Notes under the pieces: model-generated | Databases searched by the model: none | Seen by the model: the letters and a program-made list of their open reading frames with translations, nothing else | What the model was told of the DNA's origin: nothing | DNA from: an uncultured Rickettsiales bacterium | GTDB lineage: Bacteria; Pseudomonadota; Alphaproteobacteria; Rickettsiales; JABDBP01 | Length of the DNA stretch: 63,904 nt | Assembly (NCBI GenBank): GCA_964450945.1 | Contig: CAYVHI010000001.1 | Coordinates: forward strand, 1 to 63,904 | Direction: 5' to 3' | Part shown: piece after piece, positions 1-10,247 of the stretch | How positions within the stretch are numbered: the stretch's first letter is position 1 | Layout of the letters: every line of letters begins with the position of its first letter | Made by a program: the position numbers and the translations under genes

Positions 1-1173
1 GGTTACGGATTTTATCTCGCCATTCCTCACGACCGCCCTCTCCTCACCGGCGCCAACAGCAAGGATGGCACCCTGCGGTGGGTTTACAATTGCACTGAAT
101 TGTTTGATGCCATACATGCCAAGGTTGGAGATTGAAAATCCACCACCCTGGAATTCTTCCGGCTTTAGTCCTACGCTTCTTGCCCTGCCGGCAAGGTCTT
201 TCATTTCATTGGAAATCTGCATTACTGTTTTTTGATCAGCATTTCTGATTATCGGGGTTATAAGCCCGCCATCTAGCGCAACAGCTACAGAAATATCTAC
301 ATTATTATATCTTATTATCGCTTCCTCGGTCCATGATGCGTTGGCGGAAGGAACAGACCTTAGCGCCAGCGCCACTGCCTTGATTATAAAATCATTCACT
401 GAAAGTTTATATGCAGATTTTCCTTCTTTACCGGCTTTTTTCACCGCTTCATCATTCAGATCTTTTCTTACTTCCATCAACTTATCAAGTTCTGCATCAA
501 TGGTAAGATAGAAATGTGGAACGGTGAGTTTTGATTCCACTAAACGTTTTGCAATTACTTTCCTAATATTGCTGTTTGGAATTGGTGTATATTCAACAGG
601 GTTCCTAATTACGCGGCCACTTCCACCGCCAGCCCTTGCAGCAATAACATCCGCCTTAATTATCCTTCCGTGCGGGCCAGTGCCGATAATCCCGGCAAGT
701 GAGACTCCTTCTGACTGTGCCACACGCCTGGCAAGAGGCGATGCTTTTAGCCTTCCATCAGATGAGGCAGAGAATGTTGGTGGTGGCGGAACAAAAACAG
801 GTATAGCAGGCGGTGAAAACGATGGGGAGGTTGTCGCCACAGCCGGAGCTTTTGTTTCTTTCTTTTCTTCTTTTGGTGCAGATGCTGGTGCCGTTTTTGG
901 TTTATAATTATCAAGTGCTTTCTTATCCTCTCCATCTTCAAGCAGAAGTGCAATAAGTTCATTAACTTTTACATTCTGTGCACCTTCTTTCACGATTATT
1001 TTCGCGATTGTCCCTGCATCCACCGCCTCCACTTCCATAGTGGCTTTATCTGTTTCGATTTCTGCAATGACTTCGCCGGGCTTTACTTTATCCCCTTCCT
1101 TTTTAACCCACTTGGAAAGGTTGCCTTCCGTCATGGTGGGCGATAGCGCTGGCATCAGGATTTCAATTGGCAT
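1..1173 (-). CDS. pdhC: Pyruvate dehydrogenase E2, dihydrolipoamide acetyltransferase (3' end runs off the window)
   Basis: Manual translation from ATG at 1173: [22 protein letters not shown]...[13 protein letters not shown] (lipoyl domain); near position 1 reads [16 protein letters not shown]. Absent from the ORF track because no stop lies in the window. Confidence 0.96.
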   Translation of the reverse strand, partial: MPIEILMPALSPTMTEGNLSKWVKKEGDKVKPGEVIAEIETDKATMEVEAVDAGTIAKIIVKEGAQNVKVNELIALLLEDGEDKKALDNYKPKTAPASAPKEEKKETKAPAVATTSPSFSPPAIPVFVPPPPTFSASSDGRLKASPLARRVAQSEGVSLAGIIGTGPHGRIIKADVIAARAGGGSGRVIRNPVEYTPIPNSNIRKVIAKRLVESKLTVPHFYLTIDAELDKLMEVRKDLNDEAVKKAGKEGKSAYKLSVNDFIIKAVALALRSVPSANASWTEEAIIRYNNVDISVAVALDGGLITPIIRNADQKTVMQISNEMKDLAGRARSVGLKPEEFQGGGFSISNLGMYGIKQFSAIVNPPQGAILAVGAGEERAVVRNGEIKSVT

Positions 1174-1236
1174 CAGTTCCTCTTGTTTTCATCACCATAA
1201 ATATCACATTTCATACCGCTTACAAATTCAAACTGT

Positions 1237-1734
1237 CTAATAATCGTAATTCTGATAATCATCACCCTCATTGCATGCATGTGGGTTTGTATAGCTGTTT
1301 AGATTAACATTAAACTGTATTTTGTTGGCAGCAAGAATCTCTGAAATTTTTTCAATGGCTTCTGGCGGTTCGATTTTATATGAGGTGCTGCCACTTACCT
1401 GATATGTTATGTTGCTTTCGCCATCTTCATATGAACCCTGCTGGCTGTAGATATTGAAATTCTGGTTTGTTGATTCAAAAGTTTTTACATCAAGCTTTTT
1501 CACTATATCTTCTATTTCATGCATTTTATTTAAAAATTTATCCTTGGCGCCGCTAACTGTTTTTTCCTTGGCATTATAATTTATTGTAAGTGATGCATTT
1601 TCTCTTACACATTTTTCTATATTGCCTTTTTTTATTTGAACTCCTACCCGCGCTGCCGGAGAAGGAGCAGCAAATATAAGCGTAGGGCTAGCCAATATAC
1701 AAGTAAGAACAAAAATTTTAACATGATTCTTCAT
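1237..1734 (-). CDS. Secreted protein, SIMPL/DUF541-like (paralog 1)
   Basis: Signal-peptide-like N-terminus; shares Cys/ASLTINY/SY-x-I pattern with 2182..2601 and 2606..3082. Family assignment is by eye. Confidence 0.6.
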   Translation of the reverse strand: MKNHVKIFVLTCILASPTLIFAAPSPAARVGVQIKKGNIEKCVRENASLTINYNAKEKTVSGAKDKFLNKMHEIEDIVKKLDVKTFESTNQNFNIYSQQGSYEDGESNITYQVSGSTSYKIEPPEAIEKISEILAANKIQFNVNLNSYTNPHACNEGDDYQNYDY

Positions 1735-1747
1735 ATAATGTACTCCA

Positions 1748-2185
1748 TTATTTCTTTGGTGTTTTTATTCTTTCCAGAGTAGCACCTTTCTCCCTGTAAG
1801 GATCTAAGGCCTCCGATATTTCTCCTGCTGCTGCAAAACCTATATGCGTTATCAGAAAACCAGAAACATTTTTAACCTGCTCCAACTCCAGAGAGCCTAT
1901 TACCGCCATAGGAATATCCATCTTGCAGGCAGGTTGGAACAATCCTGCTTCACTAGCGTTTCCGAGCCTTTGTATCTTAAGATCGGGATGTTTTCTGCTA
2001 ATTGCACTTACAACCTCATCTCTTGCCTTATAGTGTCTAAAACCTATATCCATTTCAAACCCATCAGTAATTCTTGCAACCGCAAGCCTTTTTATTTTCG
2101 GTTCAAAACTTTTGTTTCCTTCAAAAGTATGTTCATAGATTATTATAGGTTCTGTTGTATCAGGCATAGGTTTCCTATTTATCAA
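1748..2185 (-). CDS. Hypothetical protein
   Basis: 145 aa ORF on the operon strand; its start overlaps the upstream stop (ATGA). Confidence 0.65.
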   Translation of the reverse strand: MINRKPMPDTTEPIIIYEHTFEGNKSFEPKIKRLAVARITDGFEMDIGFRHYKARDEVVSAISRKHPDLKIQRLGNASEAGLFQPACKMDIPMAVIGSLELEQVKNVSGFLITHIGFAAAGEISEALDPYREKGATLERIKTPKK

Positions 2186-2601
2186 TTACATGTTTCCTGA
2201 TAACTGCGAATATTAAGATTAACCATGAATCCCTTTTCATTAAGCATTTCAGAAAATTTTTGTGCGGCCTCTGTCGGATCAATACTATAAGAAGAATTTC
2301 CGTTTACATTAATAATAGTCTCACCAGATTGGCCGGTTGCATTATTTATGCTGATGCTTTCATTCTGCACTTCAATTTTTTTAACACCAGCCTGCTTGGC
2401 TATCTCCCGTATTTCAAGCAATCTGCTATCAGCTTTCTGTTTTGCAGCAGATATAGTGTCGCTCTTATTGATGAAAGAGATTGAAACTGTAGCTTTCTGT
2501 TTCAGGCATTTTTTATTTTCACCTGCAGCCTGAGCAGAAGAAGAATTGGCTGATAAAAATAATACAGATAATAAAAATAAAAAAACTGAATTGATTTTCA
2601 T
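2182..2601 (-). CDS. Secreted protein, SIMPL/DUF541-like (paralog 2)
   Basis: Likely start MKINSVFLFLLSVLFLSANSSSAQA (signal peptide); ATVSISF...AAKQKADSRLLEIREIAKQAGV resembles the SIMPL N-terminal half. Confidence 0.65.
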   Translation of the reverse strand: MKINSVFLFLLSVLFLSANSSSAQAAGENKKCLKQKATVSISFINKSDTISAAKQKADSRLLEIREIAKQAGVKKIEVQNESISINNATGQSGETIINVNGNSSYSIDPTEAAQKFSEMLNEKGFMVNLNIRSYQETCN

Positions 2602-2605
2602 AAAC

Positions 2606-3082
2606 TTATTGCTCCCTAGGTTCCCAATCACTGTCTATTAAAGTTTTTCGGCAAGGTATTTCATTATTTTTATTTTTATAGACCTCAATACTAAAATTGA
2701 TGCCATTGGAGTTTAGTAATTCTGCAAGTTTATACATTTCCGTCTCGCCTATTCTATCAAGGCTGTAGGTGGCGCTTGCCGAAATACTAAAATCTTTTGA
2801 ATCTCCTTCATCCTCGCTATCACGATTATAATTGATGGTTGTATATTCAGATAAAAGTTTTGAAGAAGTGCCAAATTGTTTTGTCAGTTCTTCAATTTTC
2901 TTTTTCTTATTATAAAAAATATCTATTCCGGATTTTGCATTTTTTGCCGTGAAATCATTATTTATTGAAAGGCTTGCTGTGGTTATAAAGCAGTCATTAG
3001 ATTCACGATTCTCCTGTGTCGCCAGTGAATATCCTGGCATGATTGAATATAAAAAAATTAACAAGAATAATATTTTTTTCAT
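2606..3082 (-). CDS. Secreted protein, SIMPL/DUF541-like (paralog 3)
   Basis: [21 protein letters not shown] signal peptide; same Cys pair and strand pattern; start overlaps the pdhB stop. Confidence 0.6.
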   Translation of the reverse strand: MKKILFLLIFLYSIMPGYSLATQENRESNDCFITTASLSINNDFTAKNAKSGIDIFYNKKKKIEELTKQFGTSSKLLSEYTTINYNRDSEDEGDSKDFSISASATYSLDRIGETEMYKLAELLNSNGINFSIEVYKNKNNEIPCRKTLIDSDWEPREQ

Positions 3083-4062
3083 AAACGGTTACATAAAGTT
3101 TTTGCCGCAGCAATTATTTCACTGGTTTGCGGCAGGGCCAGCTTTTCAAGGTTTACTGCATAAGGCAGCGGCACATCTTTTCCGGTAACGCGGGCAACTG
3201 GTGCATCCAAATAATCAAACGCTTCTTCCATAATTACCGCCGCAATTTCAGAGCCAATCCCAGCATAGGGCCAACCCTCTTCCACACTGATGATGCGGCT
3301 GGTTTTCTTCACTGATTCGACAATGGTTTCCTTATCAAGCGGCCGGAGCGTCCTAAGGTCAATCACTTCAGCACTTATACCTTCTTTTTCTAGTTCATCC
3401 GCCGCTTCAAGCGCTGCTTTCATGGTTATTGAGAATGCGGTTATTGTAATATCATTTCCTTCACGCACAACTGCTGCCTTGCCTATATCAACCAGTAAAT
3501 CTTTTTCTTCGGGAACCTCAAAACTATGCCCGTAGAGTATTTCATTCTCTAAAAATATTATCGGGTTTGGGTCACGTATTGCGGATTTTAATAATCCTTT
3601 TGCGCTGGCGGCATCATAGGGTGCAATAACTTTTAAACCGGGAATATGCGCATACCAACTTGCATAATCCTGGCTGTGTTGAGCGGCAACTCTTGCTGCC
3701 GCGCCGTTTGGTCCTCTAAAAACAATCGGGCATTTAACCTGCCCGCCACTCATATAATTTGTTTTTGCGGCGGAGTTTATCAACTGGTCCATCGCCTGCA
3801 TGGCAAAATTCCATGTCATGAATTCCACAACCGGTTTCAAGCCAGCCATTGCGGCACCTATTCCGAGTCCTGTAAATCCATGTTCGGTTATTGGTGTATC
3901 AATAACCCTATTTGCACCAAACTCCTGCAATAATCCTTCGGTAATTTTATATGCCCCCTGATATTCAGCAACTTCTTCACCCATAACAAATACATCTTTA
4001 TCACGGCGCATCTCTTCGGCCATCGCATCCCTTAAAGCTACTCTCACTGTTTGCTGCGGCAT
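3079..4062 (-). CDS. pdhB: Pyruvate dehydrogenase E1 beta subunit
   Basis: [42 protein letters not shown] motifs. Confidence 0.98.
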   Translation of the reverse strand: MPQQTVRVALRDAMAEEMRRDKDVFVMGEEVAEYQGAYKITEGLLQEFGANRVIDTPITEHGFTGLGIGAAMAGLKPVVEFMTWNFAMQAMDQLINSAAKTNYMSGGQVKCPIVFRGPNGAAARVAAQHSQDYASWYAHIPGLKVIAPYDAASAKGLLKSAIRDPNPIIFLENEILYGHSFEVPEEKDLLVDIGKAAVVREGNDITITAFSITMKAALEAADELEKEGISAEVIDLRTLRPLDKETIVESVKKTSRIISVEEGWPYAGIGSEIAAVIMEEAFDYLDAPVARVTGKDVPLPYAVNLEKLALPQTSEIIAAAKTLCNRL

Positions 4063-4544
4063 TATCTTTTCCTCCCACCCTCTTTATCTAGTACAATTTT
4101 AAATCTTGGGGGCATATCAAGTCCTTTTGCATCATCAAGAATCTGGTCATTAGACTGCCTAGGTCTTTCTCCTAGAATTGCCATAGTAAGTTCATTTATA
4201 ACTTGCTTGGCCACAGTTAAATCTGGAATATTATCAAAAGCTTTATAATATCTTCCAGCAACTTCCTGCCAACCTTCAAGCGCTAAATCTTGCAATCTTC
4301 TAAGTTCAAGCAAAGCTTCCTGTTCTGGAAATTCAGCGCCCTTTTTTTTAACCCCTCTCATTACAATCGCCACAATATTGGCCCCACCTATGAAATTAAA
4401 ATTATCTTGGTCTGTTTCCTGCCTCGGTCCATCTCCACACCTAGTAGCAAATTTTTCCATTTCGTCAATTTTTGCAGCAAAAGCATCTCTATTTTTGCTA
4501 AGCATTAAAATTATTTCTCGTGCACTTTCAAAAACTGTGGCCAT
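4062..4544 (-). CDS. Hypothetical protein between pdhA and pdhB
   Basis: 160 aa ORF starting 3 nt after the pdhA stop; its stop overlaps the pdhB ATG (TAATG). Confidence 0.7.
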   Translation of the reverse strand: MATVFESAREIILMLSKNRDAFAAKIDEMEKFATRCGDGPRQETDQDNFNFIGGANIVAIVMRGVKKKGAEFPEQEALLELRRLQDLALEGWQEVAGRYYKAFDNIPDLTVAKQVINELTMAILGERPRQSNDQILDDAKGLDMPPRFKIVLDKEGGRKR

Positions 4545-4547
4545 ATT

Positions 4548-5861
4548 TCATCCAGTCACATCCGTCCAGAGTTCACTTTCATCAGGCAGCGGAGAATTTT
4601 CTGAGAAATCTACCGCTTCCTGCACTTTATCCTTCACGCGTTTTTCGATTTCCGCGAATTGTTTTTCTTCAGCGATTTTATTTTCGGTAAGGAATTTTTT
4701 CAGGTTATCTATAGGGTCGCGTGATTCACGGAAACTCTGCACTTCCTCTTTACTTCTGTATTTTGCCGGGTCAGACATGGAGTGGCCACGGTAGCGGTAA
4801 GTTTTCATCTCGAGAATCATCGGTCCATTACCTTCCTTCACATATTTCACTGCGGCATCACCGGCCTGTTTAACATCGAATATATCCATGCCGTCAACCT
4901 GCTTCCCCGGGATGCCGAAACCTTCGCCACGGCGAAAAAGATCGGTTGTGGCAGAAGAGCGCTTTACTGAAGTTCCCATCGCATATTCATTATTTTCGAT
5001 GATATAGATAACCGGCAATTTCCATAACGATGCCATGTTAAAAGATTCATAAACCTGGCCTTGGTTCACTGCGCCATCGCCAAGGTATGTCAGGCACAAA
5101 TTCTTTTTATTTTTATATTTCTGGGCAAATGCAATTCCGGTTCCGATTGGCACCTGTGCGCCAACTATTCCATGGCCGCCATAGAAATTTTTTGGCAAAT
5201 CAAACATGTGCATCGAACCGCCTTTGCCTTTTGAGCAGCCGCCAATCTTTCCCATCAGTTCAGCCATTATGGTTTTCGGGTCACTCCCCGTTGCTAGCAT
5301 CAAACCGTGGTCACGGTAGCTTGTTACTACCGCATCATCCTTTGTTATTGCATGTTGCATGCCTATCGCCACCGCTTCCTGCCCTATATATAAATGGCAG
5401 AAGCCGCCGATCTTTCCCATGCCATAAAGCTGCCCGGCCTTTTCCTCAAACCTTCTGATAAGCAACATTTCCTCATAGGCAATAAGCATTTCTTTTATGG
5501 AGAGAACTTTCGCGGCATCATTTTTTGCCCACTGCTTATGCAAGCTGCATAGCGTGGAGGATATTACTTTTTCGCCACCACTATTCTTTATGCTGACCAC
5601 TGATGGTGCATCTTTAGCGCCGAATAATTCTTCCACTGTGCAACCAAGCACTTTTGCGATGCTTGTGAGTGTTATGTATGTGGGGCTTTGTATCCTGCCA
5701 ACGATAATATCTCTCACCGCCGTTTCATTCAGCCCGGCGGCAAGCGAAACTTCTTTCATGTTGGTATTTTTTTGTTTTATCCTGCGTTCAAGTTCTTTCC
5801 TTAAAACGCTGCTGGGGTTTTTCCCAGCGTTAGGTTGTTCTTTTCCTGTTTCTGCTCTCAT
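4548..5861 (-). CDS. pdhA: Pyruvate dehydrogenase E1 alpha with an N-terminal XRE-type helix-turn-helix extension
   Basis: C-terminal ~320 aa: MLLIRRFEEKAGQLYGMG, GFCHLYIGQEA, GDGAVNQGQ..E..N, TYRYRGHSMSDP. N-terminal ~80 aa: SLAAGLNETAVRDII..GRIQSPTYITLTSIAKVLGCTVEEL (HTH). Confidence 0.95.
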   Translation of the reverse strand: MRAETGKEQPNAGKNPSSVLRKELERRIKQKNTNMKEVSLAAGLNETAVRDIIVGRIQSPTYITLTSIAKVLGCTVEELFGAKDAPSVVSIKNSGGEKVISSTLCSLHKQWAKNDAAKVLSIKEMLIAYEEMLLIRRFEEKAGQLYGMGKIGGFCHLYIGQEAVAIGMQHAITKDDAVVTSYRDHGLMLATGSDPKTIMAELMGKIGGCSKGKGGSMHMFDLPKNFYGGHGIVGAQVPIGTGIAFAQKYKNKKNLCLTYLGDGAVNQGQVYESFNMASLWKLPVIYIIENNEYAMGTSVKRSSATTDLFRRGEGFGIPGKQVDGMDIFDVKQAGDAAVKYVKEGNGPMILEMKTYRYRGHSMSDPAKYRSKEEVQSFRESRDPIDNLKKFLTENKIAEEKQFAEIEKRVKDKVQEAVDFSENSPLPDESELWTDVTG

Positions 5862-5949
5862 CCCTGTTGCCCCTTTGAATACGGATATTAATCGATAACT
5901 AAAAGGAATGAAATAAATAATTTTTTATTAAATATCAATATCTTGTCTC

Positions 5950-5966
5950 GTTAATCATTTTTTAAC
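5950..5966. promoter_or_regulatory. CtrA-type box GTTAA-N7-TTAAC
   Basis: gttaatcattttttaac between the divergent HTH-pdhA and the small 6010 ORF; matches the alphaproteobacterial CtrA consensus in both orientations. Confidence 0.6.
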
Positions 5967-6009
5967 TCTTTTGGTGCAGAATAAGTCCTGTAAAAACAAA
6001 GAGATATTT

Positions 6010-6192
6010 ATGATGGAAAAAACACCGGTAATATTACCATTCAAATTTACTTCGTTTGCCCCTACTAAGCCGGCGGCGGAAGAAAAAAAAGATAATATAG
6101 TCCAGCTGCGCAGGAAAATTGTTTATCTGAATCAGGTAAAATTAAAAACTGATAACAACGGCGCAAAAGAAAAACTAGATATAATCACCTGA
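6010..6192 (+). CDS. Small hypothetical protein
   Basis: 60 aa ORF (MMEKTPVILPF...), divergent from pdhA. Confidence 0.4.
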   Translation: MMEKTPVILPFKFTSFAPTKPAAEEKKDNIVQLRRKIVYLNQVKLKTDNNGAKEKLDIIT

Positions 6193-6194
6193 AA

Positions 6195-7160
6195 TTATTT
6201 TCTTCTGCCTATTTCTCTCTGATAGAGCGGAAATTCGAAACCTGTTTCCCTTTCAATGCTTTCTTTAGCATAACGCAGGTTATCCTTTGCCATTCTGATT
6301 ACTGCGGCAGATCCTGACATTACATCTTCTGTATTCTTTAACGGCTTCAATTTTCCGGCTACGAGCAAAGCGTATATTTCTGCAAATTTCTTATCAAATA
6401 TATTAAGCAGGTCTTCTCCCTCCGGTAATGGCGGTGAGTTAAGCGCCTCGGCCGGGTCAAGCCGTTCTATTATAAAATCAAGCAACCCGCCGCCCGAAGC
6501 TTCTTTTAACTGAAGTACCTTAGTTCTCAGCTGCTCTGTAATTTTGTGGTTAGGGTGTGACATATTCTTTTTCGTCTCATGCCAGGCACAGGCATAATCA
6601 ACACCTATAAACATTTGTGAAAGTCGCCTGTCCGCAATGTTTTCAATAGGCGGGGCCGCAAGAAGGGCTTTTCTTACACGCTCTGCTATAAGTGGTTTTT
6701 CTAAAAACTCTTGCAGAGGCTCAATATCAACATCAAAAAAGGCAAGTTCATCCATTGTTCCTATTGCCGCCTCCAGCCCACTTACTGTGCGTGCTATGAT
6801 GGGAAATTCTATGGAAAGGTTATAATTCTTTTCCTTTTTGCCATGAACTGCAACCTCTTCATATTCACCATTCTTGTCAGAAAGAACTATTGGATAAAGG
6901 CGTGGCTTCATGCTGATAACGCCTGAATAGAGAAGAATAAGGTCTTTAAGACCATCAATGGTAAAATCCGCCGCCTGGTCAAGCTTTCCGCTCCTTACTG
7001 CACCAAGAGCTTTTTGTAGCGGGTGATCTCTTACCGCCCTTAAGACTTCATAAATCGGTTTATTACGCTCATCTGCTGTTATGCCAAGGGTCATAACATT
7101 CACAAGGGGTTGCATTATGCTTATACTTGCTGCCAGCTCTTCCTTGTGATCATAAAGCAT
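6195..7160 (-). CDS. Hypothetical protein
   Basis: 321 aa ORF directly downstream of the LOG gene; no motif recognised. Confidence 0.7.
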   Translation of the reverse strand: MLYDHKEELAASISIMQPLVNVMTLGITADERNKPIYEVLRAVRDHPLQKALGAVRSGKLDQAADFTIDGLKDLILLYSGVISMKPRLYPIVLSDKNGEYEEVAVHGKKEKNYNLSIEFPIIARTVSGLEAAIGTMDELAFFDVDIEPLQEFLEKPLIAERVRKALLAAPPIENIADRRLSQMFIGVDYACAWHETKKNMSHPNHKITEQLRTKVLQLKEASGGGLLDFIIERLDPAEALNSPPLPEGEDLLNIFDKKFAEIYALLVAGKLKPLKNTEDVMSGSAAVIRMAKDNLRYAKESIERETGFEFPLYQREIGRRK

Positions 7161-7169
7161 AAAATCATC

Positions 7170-7736
7170 TTATGGAGCTACTTCGTTCTTCAGGTCCTCC
7201 GCAAGAAGAGGCAGGATTTTTTCCATATCCTTGGTAACGTGGTAATATTCTTCTGTTGCCTTTTTAGCAAAGCCGTTCTTTATAATATTCTTGGTCAATT
7301 TCACCCATGAATCCCAGTAGCCATCCTGATTGTAGAAAACTATAGGTTTATGGTGCACCTGCAGGATTTTCCAGGTGATGATTTCGAAAGCCTCATCCAT
7401 GGTGCCGAAGCCGCCTGGAAAAATCACGAAACCGTCAGATTCCTGGAACATGCGCCATTTTCTGGTGTGCATGTCATCCACCATGATCATTTCAGTAAGC
7501 CCCTTATGTTCGGATTCATATCTAGAAAGGAAGGAAGGAAAAACACCAGTAACGCGGCCGTTATTCTTCATAACTGAGTTGGCAACCGCACCCATAACGC
7601 CGCAGTCACCACCACCGTAAACAAGCTTTATATTTTGCTCAGCTAGCATTTTTCCGAATTTTTGCCCAGCAGTTACATATTTTTTCGCAATATTATTACT
7701 AGCGCCACAGAAGACGCATACAGATTTAATCGTCAT
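7170..7736 (-). CDS. LOG family nucleotide phosphoribohydrolase (TIGR00730-like)
   Basis: VCVFCGAS, LVYGGG..GVMGAVA, MH.RK..M, PGGFGTMDE motifs. Confidence 0.92.
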   Translation of the reverse strand: MTIKSVCVFCGASNNIAKKYVTAGQKFGKMLAEQNIKLVYGGGDCGVMGAVANSVMKNNGRVTGVFPSFLSRYESEHKGLTEMIMVDDMHTRKWRMFQESDGFVIFPGGFGTMDEAFEIITWKILQVHHKPIVFYNQDGYWDSWVKLTKNIIKNGFAKKATEEYYHVTKDMEKILPLLAEDLKNEVAP

Positions 7737-7850
7737 TCAATTCCTCAATTTTTTCGCTTTATAATTGGTGATATTTGGTTTATTCATTATCACCCATTAT
7801 ATAGGAACTTAGTTAATAATTCATTAAAGGCGGGTTTTATAAAGGAAATT

Positions 7851-8543
7851 ATGGATTTATTAAAGAACATTTTGCACCCAATACATAAGGAAGGCATTCC
7901 TTTCATTTTTATATTTGCGCTGGTTACATTGATAATGTGGGCCATCTATACCCCTCTTGGCTGGGTATGTTTTGTTGCGACATTATGGTGTATATATTTC
8001 TTCCGTGATCCTTACCGCACCACTCCCGTTCGCGCAGGTCTTATAGTCAGCCCCGCAGATGGCATAGTCCAGAAAATCGAGCGTGCAACACTGCCACCTG
8101 AAATGAGTATTGATGGAAAAATGCGTAAACGGGTGAGCGTATTCCTGAATGTATTCAACGTGCATGTAAACCGAATACCTGTTGGTGGCAAGGTTACATC
8201 ACTGCATTACTATCCGGGAAAATTCTTCAATGCATCTCTTGATAAGGCCAGTGAATTTAATGAGCGCCAATCTGTCCGCGTTACTACAAACGATGGTGAA
8301 GATATCGTTTTCGTGCAGATTGCCGGTCTCGTTGCCCGCCGCATCGTTTGCAACCTTTCTGAAGGGCAAAGCGTTTCAACCGGTGAAAAATATGGTATAA
8401 TACGTTTCGGCAGCCGTATGGATATTTATCTGCCTGAAGGTGTTGAGCCTTTAGTGATAGAAGGCCAAACCATGATCGGCGGTGAAACCATAATCGCCGA
8501 TCTTGAAAACAAGGAAAAACAGCGCTCCGGCCACCGGCACTGA
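7851..8543 (+). CDS. psd: Phosphatidylserine decarboxylase proenzyme
   Basis: PIHKEG, YFFRDP.R, SPADG, VHVNR.P, QIAGLVARRI, GIIRFGSRMD; start placed at the ATG after aaaggaaatt. Confidence 0.95.
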   Translation: MDLLKNILHPIHKEGIPFIFIFALVTLIMWAIYTPLGWVCFVATLWCIYFFRDPYRTTPVRAGLIVSPADGIVQKIERATLPPEMSIDGKMRKRVSVFLNVFNVHVNRIPVGGKVTSLHYYPGKFFNASLDKASEFNERQSVRVTTNDGEDIVFVQIAGLVARRIVCNLSEGQSVSTGEKYGIIRFGSRMDIYLPEGVEPLVIEGQTMIGGETIIADLENKEKQRSGHRH

Positions 8544-8545
8544 AT

Positions 8546-9340
8546 ATGAAAAGAAATAAAAAAAACAGGAAATTTCTTAATAAACATTCATTCCATTTCG
8601 GCAAGCTATTTCCCAATATAATCACTATTCTTGGCCTTTGCCTTGGGCTTTCAGCAATTCGTTTTGCCTTGCTCGAAAAATGGGAAATAGCCGTAGCCTT
8701 TATTGTAATAGCCGCTTTTGTAGATGGCATGGATGGCCGCATCGCCCGCATGCTTAACTCCACCAGTAGTTTTGGTGCGCAGCTTGATTCACTTTGTGAT
8801 CTAATCAATTTCGGTATTTCTCCAGCCTTGGTGGTTTATCTATGGAAAACCCATGAGATGCGCGGCATCGGCTGGGCAATAGTATTATTCTTCGTCGTTT
8901 GCGCGGCAATACGGCTTGCCAGATTCAATACAGATCTTGATGAAAGCCACAACACAGAATGGTCAAAGCATTTTTTTGTTGGCATTCCTTCCCCTGCAGC
9001 GGCCGGCCTTAGCCTGCTGCCACTTATTCTCACCTTCTTTTTTAATGAGAGGAATGAAGGTGAAACAATGGAGTTTTTCTTCACCACACCTCAGTTTGTC
9101 GGTATCTATGTATCAATAATCGCTATCCTTATGATAAGCCGCATCCCTACTTTCTCAGTTAAGAAACTTGCCATAAGAAAAAAAGAATTGGTGGTGCCAA
9201 CACTGCTTCTGGCTGCATTATTTACCATTGCATTTATTGTCGAGCCATGGCTTACTTTGCCTATAATGGGATTTTTGTATATTATATCCATTCCCTTGAG
9301 CATTTTAATGTTTTACAAGGAAAAATTTTTTAAAAAATAA
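8546..9340 (+). CDS. pssA: CDP-diacylglycerol--serine O-phosphatidyltransferase
   Basis: DGMDGRIAR...FGAQLDSLCD CDP-alcohol phosphotransferase motif, RLARFN; follows psd. Confidence 0.95.
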   Translation: MKRNKKNRKFLNKHSFHFGKLFPNIITILGLCLGLSAIRFALLEKWEIAVAFIVIAAFVDGMDGRIARMLNSTSSFGAQLDSLCDLINFGISPALVVYLWKTHEMRGIGWAIVLFFVVCAAIRLARFNTDLDESHNTEWSKHFFVGIPSPAAAGLSLLPLILTFFFNERNEGETMEFFFTTPQFVGIYVSIIAILMISRIPTFSVKKLAIRKKELVVPTLLLAALFTIAFIVEPWLTLPIMGFLYIISIPLSILMFYKEKFFKK

Positions 9341-9350
9341 GGTAAATATA

Positions 9351-10103
9351 ATGATAAATAACAGAACAAACAAAAACTCTCATCGTGGTTTTACTTTTAC
9401 AGAGTTGGCCATCTCCATGATTATCATCGGCCTCCTGATTGTTTCCGTTCTGGCCGGACAGAATCTTATAAAGGCAGCCAAGGTAAGGTCGATTGCAAAT
9501 GAAGTTGGTAATTTCCAGTCCGCTTACAATACTTTTATCCAGACATATGGCAGCATACCTGGAGATATAATCAACATAACTTCACAGGTCACCAGCACCG
9601 GTGCGTGGTATAACGGCACCGGAGAGGGCGATATCATATGGGCTGAAGGCAGCAACAACTGCACAGATTCTGCTGCCGTTGCTACAGATTGCTCCGAAGG
9701 TGCGCAAGCCTGGCGGCATCTGTTCATTACCGGCCTTGTTTCCGGCCCATTTTCAGGAACGGTAGCTGCTGATTTTGCTGATATTGGCGTTAATATCCCC
9801 GCTTCAAAATACGGCATCGGCGGGTATGGGTTTAACTATGCAACTACTTTAGATGTAAACGGCAACATATATGGAAATCATATGACTCTTGGCGTGGAAA
9901 CAGCTGGCGCCATAAATACCGGAGCTATCTTCTCACCTTCAACGGCAAGGGAAGTTGATTCAAAAATAGATGATGGCCTTCCCAATACTGGCAGGGTTCT
10001 CTCTTCCGGCCTTGCCAACTGTGCTGCCGGCGCTTTAGAAGCAGATAACTATAAGTTGAATGAGGGCGATACTATACGCTGCGCCCTTCTGATCAGGATG
10101 TAG
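9351..10103 (+). CDS. Prepilin-type N-terminal cleavage/methylation protein (pseudopilin-like)
   Basis: RGFTFTELAISMIIIGLLIVSVLAG class III signal; PGD and D.KIDDG.P.TG motifs; several Cys. Confidence 0.85.
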   Translation: MINNRTNKNSHRGFTFTELAISMIIIGLLIVSVLAGQNLIKAAKVRSIANEVGNFQSAYNTFIQTYGSIPGDIINITSQVTSTGAWYNGTGEGDIIWAEGSNNCTDSAAVATDCSEGAQAWRHLFITGLVSGPFSGTVAADFADIGVNIPASKYGIGGYGFNYATTLDVNGNIYGNHMTLGVETAGAINTGAIFSPSTAREVDSKIDDGLPNTGRVLSSGLANCAAGALEADNYKLNEGDTIRCALLIRM

Positions 10104-10144
10104 TCTGGTGATTGGTAATCTGGTATATAAATTCGCTAGGGTGA

Positions 10145-10233
10145 GTTAGAAAACGAAGAATTTTCAAAAGCCGAAGCGCAGCGTATTCAAAAATACGTGA
10201 GCATCGGAAGTTTGAAAGTTCAAGTTTTATAAC
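10145..10233. repeat. RPE-like palindromic element, family 1
   Basis: Imperfect arms gttagaaaac..ttttcaaa / tttgaaa..gttttataac around the core gcagcgtattcaaaaatacgtgagc. Confidence 0.7.
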
Positions 10234-10247
10234 CAGCCTAGTAGAAT

